A stretch of 63,380 nucleotides of DNA, the filler included, from Octopus bimaculoides (lineage: Eukaryota): assembly GCF_001194135.2 (NCBI RefSeq). It is 6 parts of 4 records of this genome, joined end to end, with 100 filler letters (N's around TTAATTAATTAA, not from the genome) between each part and the next. Parts side by side here need not be neighbours in the genome. Positions count along the whole stretch, not along the records: positions 33,881 to 60,168 come from NC_068985.1; 5 more parts are not named here. One strand, 5' to 3'. Positions 40,647-52,664 of this stretch are shown here, in pieces. The position numbers and the translations under genes are program-made. Under the pieces are notes generated by a model. It was not told where the DNA came from and did not search any database. It saw nothing but the letters and a program-made list of their open reading frames with translations. Every line of letters starts with the position of its first letter. The first letter of the stretch is position 1.

Positions 40647-40677
<31 letters not shown>

Positions 40678-40827
40678 GGTACAAAAAGAGAGAATGGAAT
40701 GAAAGTATTTATATTTGTGTACTCGTGTATGTGTGTATCTGCGTGTGCTTGTGTGTATGCATGTCTATGATAGAGGTGTGAGAAAGAAAAAAGAGAGAGT
40801 GAGATAGAGATAAATAGATAGATAGCT

Positions 40828-40866
<39 letters not shown>

Positions 40867-41134
40867 ATGAAAGAAACTTTAAAATAGCAACACTTAGAAT
40901 GGGTGATAGAAGAATAAAAATTGCGATGTTTAGATTTGGATTTAATAATAAAAACAAAGAATAACAACTAAATAAAACCCTAACAACGAAGAAACACTGA
41001 GGCAAAATAAACAAATATGCGGTTAGAAAAGAGTAGCAATCAGTTCCAAGCCAGCAAACACCATTGACTATACGGTTATTTATGGACAATGCAGTGGTTG
41101 TTTGGAGAAACATCCAACTAATAAGATGTGTGAC

Positions 41135-41190
<56 letters not shown>

Positions 41191-41261
41191 NNNNNNNNNN
41201 NNNNNNNNNNNNNNNNNNNNNNNNNNNNNNCTCTTTTCATTTATTCCACTGCATACGTCAC

Positions 41262-41420
41262 GAGAAGAAGAAGAAGAAGAAGAAGAAGAAGAAGAAGAAG
41301 AAGAAGAAGAAGAAGAAGAAGAAGAAGAAGAAGATAAAGGAGGAGGAGGAGATGATGAGGATGATAATGACGCAAAAGAAGAAAAAGAAGAAGACGGGGA
41401 AGAAGGAGAAGGAGGAGGAG
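41262..41420. repeat. (GAA)n/(GGA)n microsatellite
   Basis: Direct reading; source of the poly-E/K/L/F ORFs. Confidence 0.95.
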
Positions 41421-41914
41421 AACCTTTGAGAAAAAAAATGAGGAAAAGTGAAGTAAAAAAAAATCAGATAATGCGAAAAGAATTGAAATGACCAACTGAA
41501 GTAGTACGAAGAGTTAATGATTGAGAAAATCATTATCGTTGTTGGGGTTGTTCACCTCTTCGTTTTCTGTGTTGCTTTTGTCTTGTTTGGTGAGCCGGGT
41601 AGGGTGTTGTTTGCATGTGGTAATTGTATAATGGTGTGGAGACGAAAACATTTCTATCTCTGTAAGTAACGAAAGTACTGCAAGACTGACACATGTTCAA
41701 CCAACTTGTAGTGCCGCGTTCAACTCCTCACAAGGTTGTCAATGCTACGATTTTATTATTTGTTTTTAACGATTAGTTAGAATAGCAAGTGCACCGCTGC
41801 CTCACTTGAATGCTTACAAAAAATCTAAATTTATACAATTTGTTCTTCTGACAAATGTATAAATGTTAAATATTTAATAAGTAAAATTATTAATAACTGC
41901 AACATTTTAAGGCA

Positions 41915-42040
41915 AAAATGGCGAATTGGAAAAGTCGTTCGCCTAAAGGAATACCTCAATATATATTCCGATTCTTTGCATCCTTAATTTAAATCCCACC
42001 GAAGTGAACTTCGCCTTTCATTCCTTCAGGGCCGGTACAA
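41915..42040 (+). mobile_element. SINE family C fragment, old
   Basis: AAATCCCACCGAAGTGAACTTCGCCTTTCATTCCTTCAGGG core. Confidence 0.55.
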
Positions 42041-42789
42041 CATATATCACTCCCGGGCGTAGAGTAGTAGAGGTGTTAGAGCAAGGGGCGAGATATACTT
42101 GCGGTATCTGTTTCGGCTCTTTGCTTTCGGCTAACAACGCCTGTGACGACACTGGTGCCAAGGGTATCGGATTTCACATTTTCCCTTGTGGGTAGGGGAG
42201 ATTTGCATGCACGCGCAACAGCTCGTCTTTCACAAAATCTTTGCTCAGATCTTGGTACAGAAACCCTACGGTCATCTACGACCAAAAGAAACAGAGCTAG
42301 ATATTTTAAGCAAGTAACATTTTGTGTGTACATGAATTTTTTTTTGTATGTTGGTTGCACAATGTGTGTGCACGCACAAGCGTAGATCTTTGAAGTATGG
42401 CATCATAGAAACCTTCATTATTATTGGTTTTATATCTGTAACAGTGGTGTGGCAGAGGCGGTAGAACTTTGCAGTATTAAATCACATTCCCAACGTCCAC
42501 AGCTCAAATTACACTACAGTCAGTTTTAATATTCATTCTTCCAGACTCAACAAAATAAGTATACATTAATTTTGTTTTCAAACATAATGTATATTTTTGA
42601 AATATACATTATTTCAAAATACTTATTTTGTTGTTGTTGTCGTTTAGCTCTAGGTTTACTATGATTCAGGTAATCTATGAGTAAAGAAGTTCCAGCCGTA
42701 ACTATAACAGACTGAAGTCGATTTAGTCGACTAAATCCTTTCCCTATAACGAAAGATCCTGTGATAATGTAACGAATCATTGTTGACTT

Positions 42790-43360
42790 TATACAATATG
42801 GTTGGGAATCATATGACGATATGAGTCTAGTAGCCAGTTGTCACTCAGATCACACTCAACCGTCTTAAGAAAAAAAAAAATGAAGCATAAAATAGATAAT
42901 GATGCTCGGAATAAATTGTACCAGAAAAAAGGTAAAGTAGTCACAGGTGTAATAACATTGATCATAGATCTGCTTGATGAAGGTTTACTTAGGGCTAAAC
43001 ATTAGCAAGAAGAAACAATCAAATAAAGGTGGTCGGAAATAGTTCTTTCTTTAAATTATTATTACTCATAATGAATTCTAAAGTGATTTGATGAACAAGT
43101 TATCACCTAACCAACGAGAGAGAGCCGCTAAGTGGTTGCCTGATTTTCAGATATAACAACTGAATATTCCCCAATTCACATCCTGCAGTCTTAGAAAATG
43201 AAGGGTACATTGAGTAATGCAGTCTTAGAAATTGTACGTCTGGCTAAAGAAAAAATGCTGGGAAGGTTATGGAGTTATAGATGGAAGATCTTTGACCATA
43301 CATAGGTTTATCGATCAAGTTTGACTTGGGGTTAAACAACAAAAATAACAACAACAGCAG
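42790..43360 (+). repeat. Two successive copies of (AAC)n-tailed repeat family D
   Basis: Each has ..GTCTTA(A)GAAAA...TTGA(T/C)CATA...GGG(C/T)TAAACA ends (~42790-43010 and ~43080-43360); an inverted copy lies at ~43870-44060. Confidence 0.6.
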
Positions 43361-43446
43361 TAGCAACAATACGCCGGAGTAGACAAATAATTGAAAAATA
43401 ATTGCTTAAACCTTTCTGTCATAAACAGCCACCTTAGACTTTCTTC

Positions 43447-43833
43447 GTGGAGACGCAATGGCCCAGTGGTTAGGGAAGTGGACTTGCGGTCATAGGATCG
43501 CGGTTTCGATTCCCAGACCGGGAGTTGTGAGTGTTTATTGAGCGAAAACACCTAAAGTTCCACACGGCTCCGGCAGGGGATGGTGGCGAACCCTGCTGTA
43601 CTCTTTCACCACAACTTTCTCTCACTCTTACTTCCTGTTTCTGTTGTGCCTGTAATTCAAAGGGCCAGCCTTGTCACACTGTGTCACGCTGAATATCCCC
43701 GAGAACTACGTTAAGGGTACACGTGTCTGTGGAGTGCTCAGCCACTTGCACGTTACTTTCACGAGCAGGCTGTTCCGTTGATCGGATCGACTGGAACCCT
43801 CGACGTCGTAAGCGACGGAGTGCCAACAGCAAC
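43447..43833 (+). mobile_element. SINE family B, full length with perfect 11-bp TSD
   Basis: tRNA-like head TGGCCCAGTGG...GTTTCGATTCCC; TSD AGACTTTCTTC at 43436-43446 and 43834-43844. Confidence 0.95.
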
Positions 43834-44629
43834 AGACTTTCTTCAGTAGTAGTAGTAGTAGTAGTCGTTGTTGTTGTTTATCCCCAAGCTTGCGCTGATG
43901 GAGCATTTCTATGATCAAAAGAATTCCATCCATGACCATCCTAACTTTTTTATAAACCTTGTGAACCCCAGACTGCGTTATTTAATGTCTACTTCCACTC
44001 CCCTTTCTTAGCATGATGTAATTTGAGGGTAATCTGATTCATATTTCCTCCCTCGTTGGTTTCTCAAGTAGGAACATACACTATTGCTATGATGACTGAA
44101 TCATAAAGCAACCATTAACTCTGAAAATTGCCTTATATTCACTTTGACGTACCCGATATAATCTGTATTACTAATACTATTATATAACAAGACAACAGAC
44201 TGAGAATACTAACAAGGCCACGCACATAACAACCTAAAATACATGATGTTTTATAACTGTCACCGAGGTGTCAATATATTGAAAAAGTGAGTCATTAACA
44301 GAATCAGTTGCATTTATATCGTGAGAAAATTTACTTGAAGTCTAACCACATCGATTGTGAGTCATTAGAGCGTTTCTAAAAGACAAAAGCATTTTTTTAC
44401 TATTTGACACAAGAAAAATATAAGATCTTCAATGTTGTTATGGTTGTAAAGAAGCTTTTGCTATTCGGCTCTAAACTTTGTATTAAGTCTTAAGAAAGTT
44501 TGCTAAATTCCAGCTATTAGTTAATAAAGTGTGTTGCGTAGTTGGTACAGAAGTTATAGAGTTTCTTTTTAAATGGCTATCAGAGATGGAAGGATAAAAC
44601 TCTTGACTGCTTTCAGGATGTCCGAGGGG

Positions 44630-44716
<87 letters not shown>

Positions 44717-44750
44717 AGAGAGAGAGAAAGAGAGAAGAGAGTGAGAGAGA
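44630..44750. repeat. (GAAA)n/(GA)n microsatellite
   Basis: Direct reading. Confidence 0.95.
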
Positions 44751-45100
44751 ATATCAACCGAAGGTCCGGCTCAATACTTGCAATAAAAAATGAATTTAAC
44801 TTAAAGGTACCCAATGTTAAACCGGGAAGTAGTTTATATCTGTCACTCACAGACTAGATTATTTACGCATATAGTTCGGTGATTCATAGCTTTAGAAACC
44901 GAAGAGAACGGTGATTCATAGCTTTACAAACCAAAGAGAAAAAGTGGGTGCTTCATGGTAGTTTGACCTGTTAGAAATAACAGCAAAAAATAAGAACGGA
45001 ACATATATATCCAGAGTGATGCACTGATCATGGACTCTCGAGTCGATTTTGACGCATGAGTCAAAAACGATGAATAGAGCGACTTATTTATTGATTTACC

Positions 45101-45378
45101 GTGTTAAGTGGCTGAGTATTCCACAGACACGTGTACCTTTAACTTTGTTCTGAATTAGAATCAGAGTGACAGCGTGTAGCAAAGCTGGATCTTTACATTA
45201 TAGATATAGTCTATCCGATGGGGTTCTAACCAGTTTGTGTTCATCCAGATTTACTCACAAGGCTTGGGTTAACGCGTGGCTATGACAAAGACATACGTCC
45301 AAGATGTAACACAGTGGGATCGAGCCCATGATCTCATGGTTACGATGCGAAATGCTTTACCACACAACTGTGCCTACG
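45101..45378 (-). mobile_element. Old chimeric SINE: family A head joined to family B 3' tail
   Basis: Minus strand reads family A head/body (to ...AGAACCCATCG), then family B tail (..AAAGATCCAGC...AAAGGTACACGTGTCTGTGGAATACTCAGCCACTT). Confidence 0.7.
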
Positions 45379-46099
45379 TCCGTCAGAGGCAATGTTGTCC
45401 CAGATACTTTATTCATTAGATAAAACGGGTATAGTTTTGGCTGGAATGCCGTAGGTCTGCCTAATTAGGGCTAACTTGGAATTAAACAACAACAACAACA
45501 GCAGCAGCAATAGCTGTCCGTGATTTTAGCATCAAATTCTCTTGTATCTTTATATCTCTTATATTTATCAGTTCGAAAAATAGAGTTTGATTATTTATTA
45601 AGTACCGCACTTAAATACAGTGAGGTTTATGTGATCGACTAAAGCACTTAGAGGTAGTGACCCACTATGTTCGCATTTCAATGACTGAAACCTATTAAAC
45701 AGTCAATTTTTTCTTTGCAACTGTTGTCAGCGATATGTCAAAATCAATCCATTATGTTTCTACTATTTCATACAAAGGACCTTGTATTTATTTTTAACAT
45801 TGTCATATCACCGAAGACTAGTTCTTGTGGCAAATTTCTGATACTGATAATTAACTCGGAACTCTCATGCATTTCTTTCATTGCAGTAAGAAAGACCTAA
45901 TATAAACGTATTTGAGAAAACTTGAATATTTTATTTCTTTCAGTCTTTTAATAGTACATGTATAGTTGTGCGGTTAAGAAGTTAGTTTCATAATCATTTG
46001 GTCCGTGATTCGATTCTCTTGCGTGTTATCTCGTATAAGTGGGATTGACAGTAACAGCAAAAACCTCGTAATGTGCGTTACACACGTACGTACATACAT

Positions 46100-46400
46100 A
46101 AGGGTGTATGTATGTATGTATGTATGTATGTATGTATGTATGTATGTATGTATGCATGTATGTATGTATGTGTGTGTGTGTATGTATGTATGTATGTATG
46201 TATGTATGTATGAATGTACGTATGTATGAATGTGTGCATGTATCAATGTATGTATGTATGTATGCCGGTGGGTAGGATGGAAGGTATGTATGTATAAACG
46301 TATGTAGGAAGGAAGGATGGAAGGTAGGTAGGTAGGTAGGTAGGTAGGTATGTTTGTAGGTGTGAGCGTCTGTGTGTCTGTGTATGCATGTATGTATATG
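46100..46400. repeat. (TATG)n/(TAGG)n compound microsatellite
   Basis: Direct reading. Confidence 0.95.
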
Positions 46401-46985
46401 AGTGTGCGTGTATATAACGTGCCGAGAAAGCGGTGATCCACAAAGTCCTTCGTATAGAGTTACATACATATCCTTGTTATTATTGCCACCAAAGATGCAG
46501 TGAACCAGTGACTGGCTTGTTGGTAGCTCGTAACCAACGAAGCTACTGTTTACAAAATTCCAATATAAAATTGAATTACCTAAATCTGTGGGAAACGTCT
46601 ACTATATAAATCAAAAAGCATGGTTTAGTGTGTCGCTAAAAGGTCACAACTTCAAAGTAGAAAAGCTATTATCGGCATCTAATTCATTCTAAAAGCCTCT
46701 GCAATCTTACTAATTGTGTATTTCGCCTAATAGTATTTTCAGAGTTTACTCTGTCGAGCGGATGGAACAGCAGGTAACCAGACTAGAGACAGTAGGGGAT
46801 TGTATCCTTTCACCGACACTCGCTTTAAGTCTGTGGTTATGATAATAAGCTATAAATTAGCTCAGCCAACTTATCTGTAAATAGGTGCCACAGATTAAAA
46901 ACAGTGCGCCAGTATAGACATTGGTAATATTACGAAACTGATAAGTAGTTAATTTGCAGTAGTGCTGCTCAGCTTTACCTTTGTG

Positions 46986-47204
46986 TACGAGGGGATGCTA
47001 AAAAGATCCTGGCTTTAAGGGTATCACGAAAGCCCTGGCTGGAGGCCCAACATTCTGAGTTCTTTTATAGGGCTTAGAAAAACTGAAGGGCCACTGCAAT
47101 AAGTGCGAATCTGAGAGATGAATATGTTGAATAAAATCATAATTAACTGATCTTCCTGTATTTTCTTTTACCAAAAGCCAGGAACTTTACAGCACCCCCT
47201 CGTA
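46986..47204 (+). mobile_element. Mariner-derived MITE with TA TSD
   Basis: TACGAGGGGATGCTAAAAAGATCCTGGCTTT / AAAGCCAGGAACTTTACAGCACCCCCTCGTA termini; internal residue resembling a transposase end (KC....DEYVE*). Confidence 0.85.
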
Positions 47205-47209
47205 CAGAT

Positions 47210-49450
47210 TACAGTGAAATATACTTCTTCAGATCAATTCTCCCAAAGTATATTACAGATAGGCGAAAACTTCAGAGAAAGCCTGTTCTCTTTGATTCCA
47301 AGTCCACACTGCAAATACAAAGGGATTCCTACCATCGAAATTTCCTCTCTCGATATCAATTACTTCAATATCAAGTGCACACAGTCGACTAGTGAATGAA
47401 CTTTTCAGGTTATTCCGATCGACGAAACCAAAGAATCTGACATTGTTCCTACAATTATATTCAACACTTCGCAGTTAGTACACTATTACTCAGAATTCTT
47501 TAATCCTCTTCTATCTGCAAAGATCTAGCCCAATCGATAAGATGTAACAATGTACCCGATGCCTAAAAGTGCAAACTCTTTGACTTTACTAACTTGTTCG
47601 CTTTGTCGGTGATAGATGACCATTGTCACCCCGCACTCCATAGCGATCTTTACAGGAAGTAAAGGTAGAAGTGGGAGGCCTTTTATCATGCTTGACCTGG
47701 AGTTAGTCAACAATAACAATTATATCTTCCGTAATCTCTAAATAGAAATAAATAAAGTTTAAGATAATCCGTAAAGATGATGAAGATCTCATTTTTTCCC
47801 CCTATTGGCAACACGTTCCTGTCTTCTGAAGCACCGCGTTCAGAGAAATCGGAGCAATGACGAAATACAAAGGAGGAAACAAGTTACCTCGAAAAATGCC
47901 GCACTTAATTGCCAAGATCTCGACCGTTGGAGAATAGTGTTGTGCTGTCTTTTTTTTTTTATGCCATCACTCATTAGATTTTGTACATTTTCAGCAACAA
48001 ACACGTTCAGAGACTCTAATATCGATGGCAGCGATTCCAAGTGCGAATTTTTGAAATTTATGTAGGCCTACTGTTCTGTCAGCAGCCAGGTGATCATTTG
48101 TGCTTTATGACCATTTTTCCGTAGCCTTTCTATTGGATGGGCAGTAAGTCATTCGTTTTCCCGATGTGTGCACAATGTTCAACAACTATTCTGTTAGAAT
48201 TTTCCATATCCAGTTAAGGCATGTAATAGAATCATACGACCTTGAATATGTTATTAACGACCACAGGACCTTTGAATATGTTTTTCACGATAGGGTCGTT
48301 CGCCCGTTAATCATTCAGTTTAGTATCACATCATAAAATTTGCATTGGTTCAGGAATGTATTACCAATAGAAAAAAAACGGGACCAGATCTTCATCATCT
48401 TTACGGATTATCTTAAACTTTATCTATTTCTATTTAGAGATTATGGAACATAATTGTTATTGTTGACTAACTCCAGGTCAACCATGATAACAAAACGGAA
48501 ACCAGCCTCCCTTGTATACCCTTTAATCTTTTCATCTAGAAGCTTTAGATTCCACTCGGCGCTGATGCTTTCCAGCTCGATAGACCCTTATCCTGAATTT
48601 TCACATCCTCAAGTGTCATTCTAACCGGATGCTCTTCGTTCATAGCTTTGATTACTAGTTCCTCTTTCACCACGCCAACCATTTTGCATCCTTAACTGAG
48701 ACAATATGTTTGCAGCCACTAACTGAGACAATATGTTTGGCCAATAGTGCATTGCTTTTTCCAGATCAGAAAGTATATATTATCTCTGGTCTCACTGCCT
48801 GAATACCGATAATAGTGCCATCACCGACCGAAAATCCTTGTTTCAGGCTGTATTTCTTTTCAAGCATTCTTTGCTCATATTCCTTAGCACTCTTCAAACA
48901 TCTTTTATACCTTATGCTTTCTCAGAGTTACTATGTGTCGTTCAATTCGCCACTACCACTAAGGCTCCTGGTACTTTCTTTGTTCTTCTGTATTGCACCT
49001 ATTCTTTCTTCAACCACAACTGCCTAAAGCATATCCCGCAATTCTGTCATATCGTCCATCTCTACAACAGCAGGATCCTACCTACATTTATAACTTCACT
49101 ACGATTTTCCTTCTAGACAAACCATGGGTTGATAGACTTTTGTTGAATACCACACACTACCAAGTTAGTATATCGAGTATTTCTTGTTCTTCGTCCCCTA
49201 GATCAGAAGGAAACTGTGCTTAGGGTGTTAGGTCTTTATAGACATACTCCACTGTATTCGTACCACTGCCCTGGTTTCCACTATGTTCACCTATCCCACC
49301 TACTACATCCTCGTCTTTGCTTTCAGGTTCATCAACAATAATTTCATTGTTACTTTCTTCTAAAGACTCATAAAAAATAACGCAAATTTTCCAGTCTTCT
49401 CTCAACACTGCCCTTTATTTCTTCAATTTCTACAACAGTAAACCAGTTCT
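47210..49450 (-). pseudogene. Degraded R4/Dong-type LINE interrupted by the MITE at 47683-48490
   Basis: Minus strand: NPWFV (PxW..R-like), LSSWKASAPSGI..F.MK (WKAPGxDG-like) right of the MITE; LIDWA and IDIERGNFDG (IxRGIFQG-like) left of it. Confidence 0.6.
47683..48490. mobile_element. ~800-bp non-autonomous element with ~130-bp TIRs
   Basis: TTATCATGCTTGACCTGGAGTTAGTCAACAATAACAATTAT...GATGATGAAGATCT..CTATTGG mirrored at ~48365-48490 (..CCAATAG..AGATCTTCATCATC...CTCCAGGTCAACCATGATAA). TSD ambiguous, possibly TA. Confidence 0.9.
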
Positions 49451-50158
49451 TTTTGTATTACATGGATTTGACACAAGTTGTATCGCACTGATCGCACTAA
49501 TTCCTTTTTCATTCTAAATTTGGTGCAGTATTTTTTTCCGATGCCAAAGAAGCACTCAAGGTCAACCTCGACCAGTGCTTCTGACCTTCAACTTTTTCCT
49601 TCCTATCTTCCATGTTCTTTCTGCGATATCGAGCTGGTCTTTTTATGTGTGTTCTTAGGACCAGTCACTGGATGACAGTTGCGAATATTGAACGCAGAAC
49701 ACCGAGAGCCAGAGCAAATACCGCAATGCATTCTATCCAAGATCTAACGAGTCTACTAATAACACAATTATTATTAAAATAGCTTACCTTTTTTCATAAT
49801 TTCTTCAAACTGACATCAACGATAGCAATGTAAACATATGTAACCATGACATATAGTAATCTTAAATTCCCGTTTGTTTTTAACTACGACTTCTCGACAA
49901 CTGAAGTATTTTTATGCAGCATTAACATTACAGCTTTAATAATATTGGCTTTTTGTTCGCGTCAAAATAAGAAAGGAGTGTAAACAATTGTGATGGATTT
50001 ATTTTTCTGTCACATTGTACAAGGTAGGGGCAGTTGAAAGTAAGTTGACAGTCGTCACTTCTGACATGCACTGATCTCTTTGTAGTGAAGCAATCTTTCT
50101 CTTCTTCTCAGTATAATTACATACATGCATGACACACACACACACACGCACACACACA

Positions 50159-50204
<46 letters not shown>

Positions 50205-50639
50205 CACACGCACGCACACACACACACACGTGCGTTTATGCGTAGAAACGAACGAAAAGAGCACAGAATACATGATGTAAAGTTTATATTTATTGGATGA
50301 GAATTTGTTGATTCACCCCATTGTTACTCGGTGTTTCAAACATGTAAAGAATACTTGTGATTTATCTGATACTATTAAGGGAATAGTGGTGAATGATGGT
50401 ATATAAGCCGAGTAGTAGCAAGGCCAATTCTTGTTGGTCAAGATGATTGGCATGGCATAAAATGTTGCAGGCCGAATATGTCTAGCCTGTTGTGATGCGA
50501 GGTAAATTACATAGTCCAAGTCATTCGTCGCCTACGCAGCTTCTGCATTGCATATCGAATAAAATGACTATGAGTTTGTCGCTGGCATGGAATTTCAGGT
50601 TCCTGGAGTCTTTACAAGAGAAACAATCTCCTACGACGA

Positions 50640-51320
50640 TAGTTAGACTATAATTTTGGCTTCTGGATGAGGAACATCACTGGTTAGTTGAATACCTGAA
50701 GACCTTTTCAGTTTTGTAAATCATAGAAGTATGGAGTAGCTTTATCAGCGATATTTCACGTTGTTGAACAGTATTCAAATTTCCGGTCTTTCAGTTTACA
50801 GATGAATTTAGATATGATTGCGCAATTTTCCCTGTTCCTTGTCCAACATGAAGAAGATACTTATTGTAAGGAACCTTAAAATTGCTTGCATGATACCCAT
50901 GCAATTCCTTTCAATGTTGTTCAGAAATATCATGCATGCTCGATGTATAACTTCCTTGTAAATGTAGAATCTCCTGAGTGGACCAAATAAAGGCAGGAGA
51001 TTGTATGGACGCATATTTTCAATTTTGGTTTATGATCAGGGAAGCGTTGTTGTGCAGTGCCAGTCCTGCGCTCTCGTCCTGCAAACTTGTATTGGTCTGG
51101 TGCAACTAGTGTCATGAGCCCAGTATCTATCAGGACGCAAGATTTGTATGGAATTACATCCTCTTAGGTGAGTAGCTAAAAAGCTGAAGAGCTGGGTCTT
51201 TAGGGATGTCTGTGAGTATGACATACTAATTAACCTATAGCTGGTACACCAACAGGAGCAATTGCTCTGAGTTAGACTAAACCTGGGAACAATAACAGCT
51301 AAGAGGTGGTTCCACACTCA
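50640..51320 (-). pseudogene. Degraded Penelope-like GIY-YIG region (same type as 30945-31800)
   Basis: IVPRFSLT, then YIYKEV...CM...CMG.MQ..LR...FMLDKEQGKLRNHI, matching the NLIYVI.C..C...YIG...R..LH.Q.I pattern at 31025. Confidence 0.55.
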
Positions 51321-51379
51321 TCGATATATATATATATATATAATATATAAAGAAAGAAAAAAACACAAACGGGTTATGG

Positions 51380-51482
51380 GTCACTACAGCTGTTTCAGAC
51401 GCGTGTTTTATTGATGAATAAAACACACGATTACATCACGATTACATCACGAACAGAAAAAAGGCGACTTCTTCAGGTAAAT
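51380..51482 (-). ncRNA. Type I hammerhead ribozyme (left arm, minus strand)
   Basis: UUAC-CUGAAGA(51476-51470)-AGUCG...CGUCU-GAAA(51396-51393)-C-AGCU-GUA^-GUGA; cleavage predicted between 51385 and 51384. Confidence 0.75.
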
Positions 51483-51613
51483 TAGAAATTGAAAATTAAA
51501 AATTTGGTTCGGAAAAACAATCGAGAATTTGTCTCACACTCTCATTTTGCCAAAGGGATCAAAAACAAATTCCATATCTTGGTATTTTTTCTGAACTAAA
51601 TTTTTAATTTCTA

Positions 51614-51699
51614 ATTCACCTGAAGAAGACTTTTGTTTTTTCATGATGTACTCGGTTTATTCAACAATAAAACACACGTTTGAAACAGCTGTAGTGAAT
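51614..51699 (+). ncRNA. Type I hammerhead ribozyme (right arm, plus strand)
   Basis: Helix I ATTCAC(51614-51619)/GTGAAT(51694-51699); CTGAAGA 51620-51626; helix II AGAC/GTTT; GAAA 51682-51685; palindromic helix III ACAGCTGT; GUA^ after 51693. Confidence 0.8.
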
Positions 51700-51935
51700 C
51701 TTAACCTGTTCTTTCTTTATGTAGACACTTCACCTGAAACCTTCCTTCCGTCGGATTTGGAATTCACAGTAGATCGTGAAACTGCATTCAGGCGTGGATG
51801 GGTATATAATTTCATATACTTGTATATTCATATGTATGTGTATTGTTATGTATTCATGTACACGCATATGTAAGTGTTTGAACATGTCTATTCATGGATA
51901 TATGTGGGAGTATATGTGCGGGAGTGTCTATACAG

Positions 51936-52407
51936 TACGAGGGGATACCTAAAAGAAACCGTAATCTTGCAATATTATTTTATTCTCTTAGTTTTACATG
52001 TTTACATTTTTATCACCTTCAAAGTATTCTCCATTTGAAGCAATACCTCGATCCAGACGCGTTTTCCAGTGTTCGAAGCAGCGCTGGAACTTCTGCGAAG
52101 TGATGCCTTTTAATGTCTCCGTCGTTTTTTTCGTCACCTCTTCCACATCTGCAAATTCCGTAGCACCAACTTTCATCACCAGTGATGACTTTCCGAAAAA
52201 GGTCCGGATCAACTTCCAACTGTTCTTTCAGTTCACGACACGCATTCAGTCGTGACTGCTTTTGATCTTCCGTGAGCAAGCGGCTGTAACTCTTTTTCAT
52301 TTGCAATTCCTCGCTGAAAACTTTTTGGCAGGAGCTTCAGAATACACCAGTCATATCAAGAAATTTGTCAATTGTTCGGCGACGGTCCTCCAAGATCAGT
52401 TCATGAA
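51936..52407 (-). mobile_element. Mariner transposon remnant with internal deletion; 5' part lost in a gap
   Basis: TIR TACGAGGGGATACC at 51936; RLLTEDQKQSRLNAC.EL...L..DPD....VITGDESWCYG joined directly to FADVEEV...FQRCFEHWKTR....SNGEYFEGD. Confidence 0.9.
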
Positions 52408-52664
52408 NNNNNNNNNNNNNNNNNNNNNNNNNNNNNNNNNNNNNNNNNNNNNNNNNNNNNNNNNATATATATACATACATACATACATACATACATACAT
52501 ACTTACATAGGTACATAGATACATACACACATTCATATATTCATACATACATTCATACATACATACACACACACACACGCATACATGCATATACACACAT
52601 ACATACAGGATGATATGTTTCATTATCCTTTATTATTACAAAAATTTCTAATACAGACTATGTT

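Larger units (their letters stand above)
51371..51707. repeat. Fold-back element: ~140-bp imperfect inverted arms around a ~70-bp spacer
   Basis: 51371-51517 mirrors 51585-51707 (TCACTACAGCTGTTTCA/TGAAACAGCTGTAGTGA; CTTCTTCAGGT.AATTAGAAAT/ATTTCTAATT.ACCTGAAGAAG). Confidence 0.9.

Noticed and set aside
41064-41533. Poly-Glu/Lys acidic or basic protein ORFs
   Set aside because: (GAA)n microsatellite.
43447-43520. tRNA genes at SINE heads (also 3095, 6825, 27891)
   Set aside because: No complete cloverleaf or acceptor stem, and each continues into a SINE body with tail or TSD.
44877-44940. 32-bp tandem duplication (also a ~29-bp one at ~48693-48740) as a CRISPR-like array
   Set aside because: Two adjacent copies with no spacers in eukaryotic DNA; ordinary slippage duplications.
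51728-51795. Possible third hammerhead after the fold-back element
   Set aside because: Core reads CTGAAAC and helix I does not pair; at most a decayed relic.
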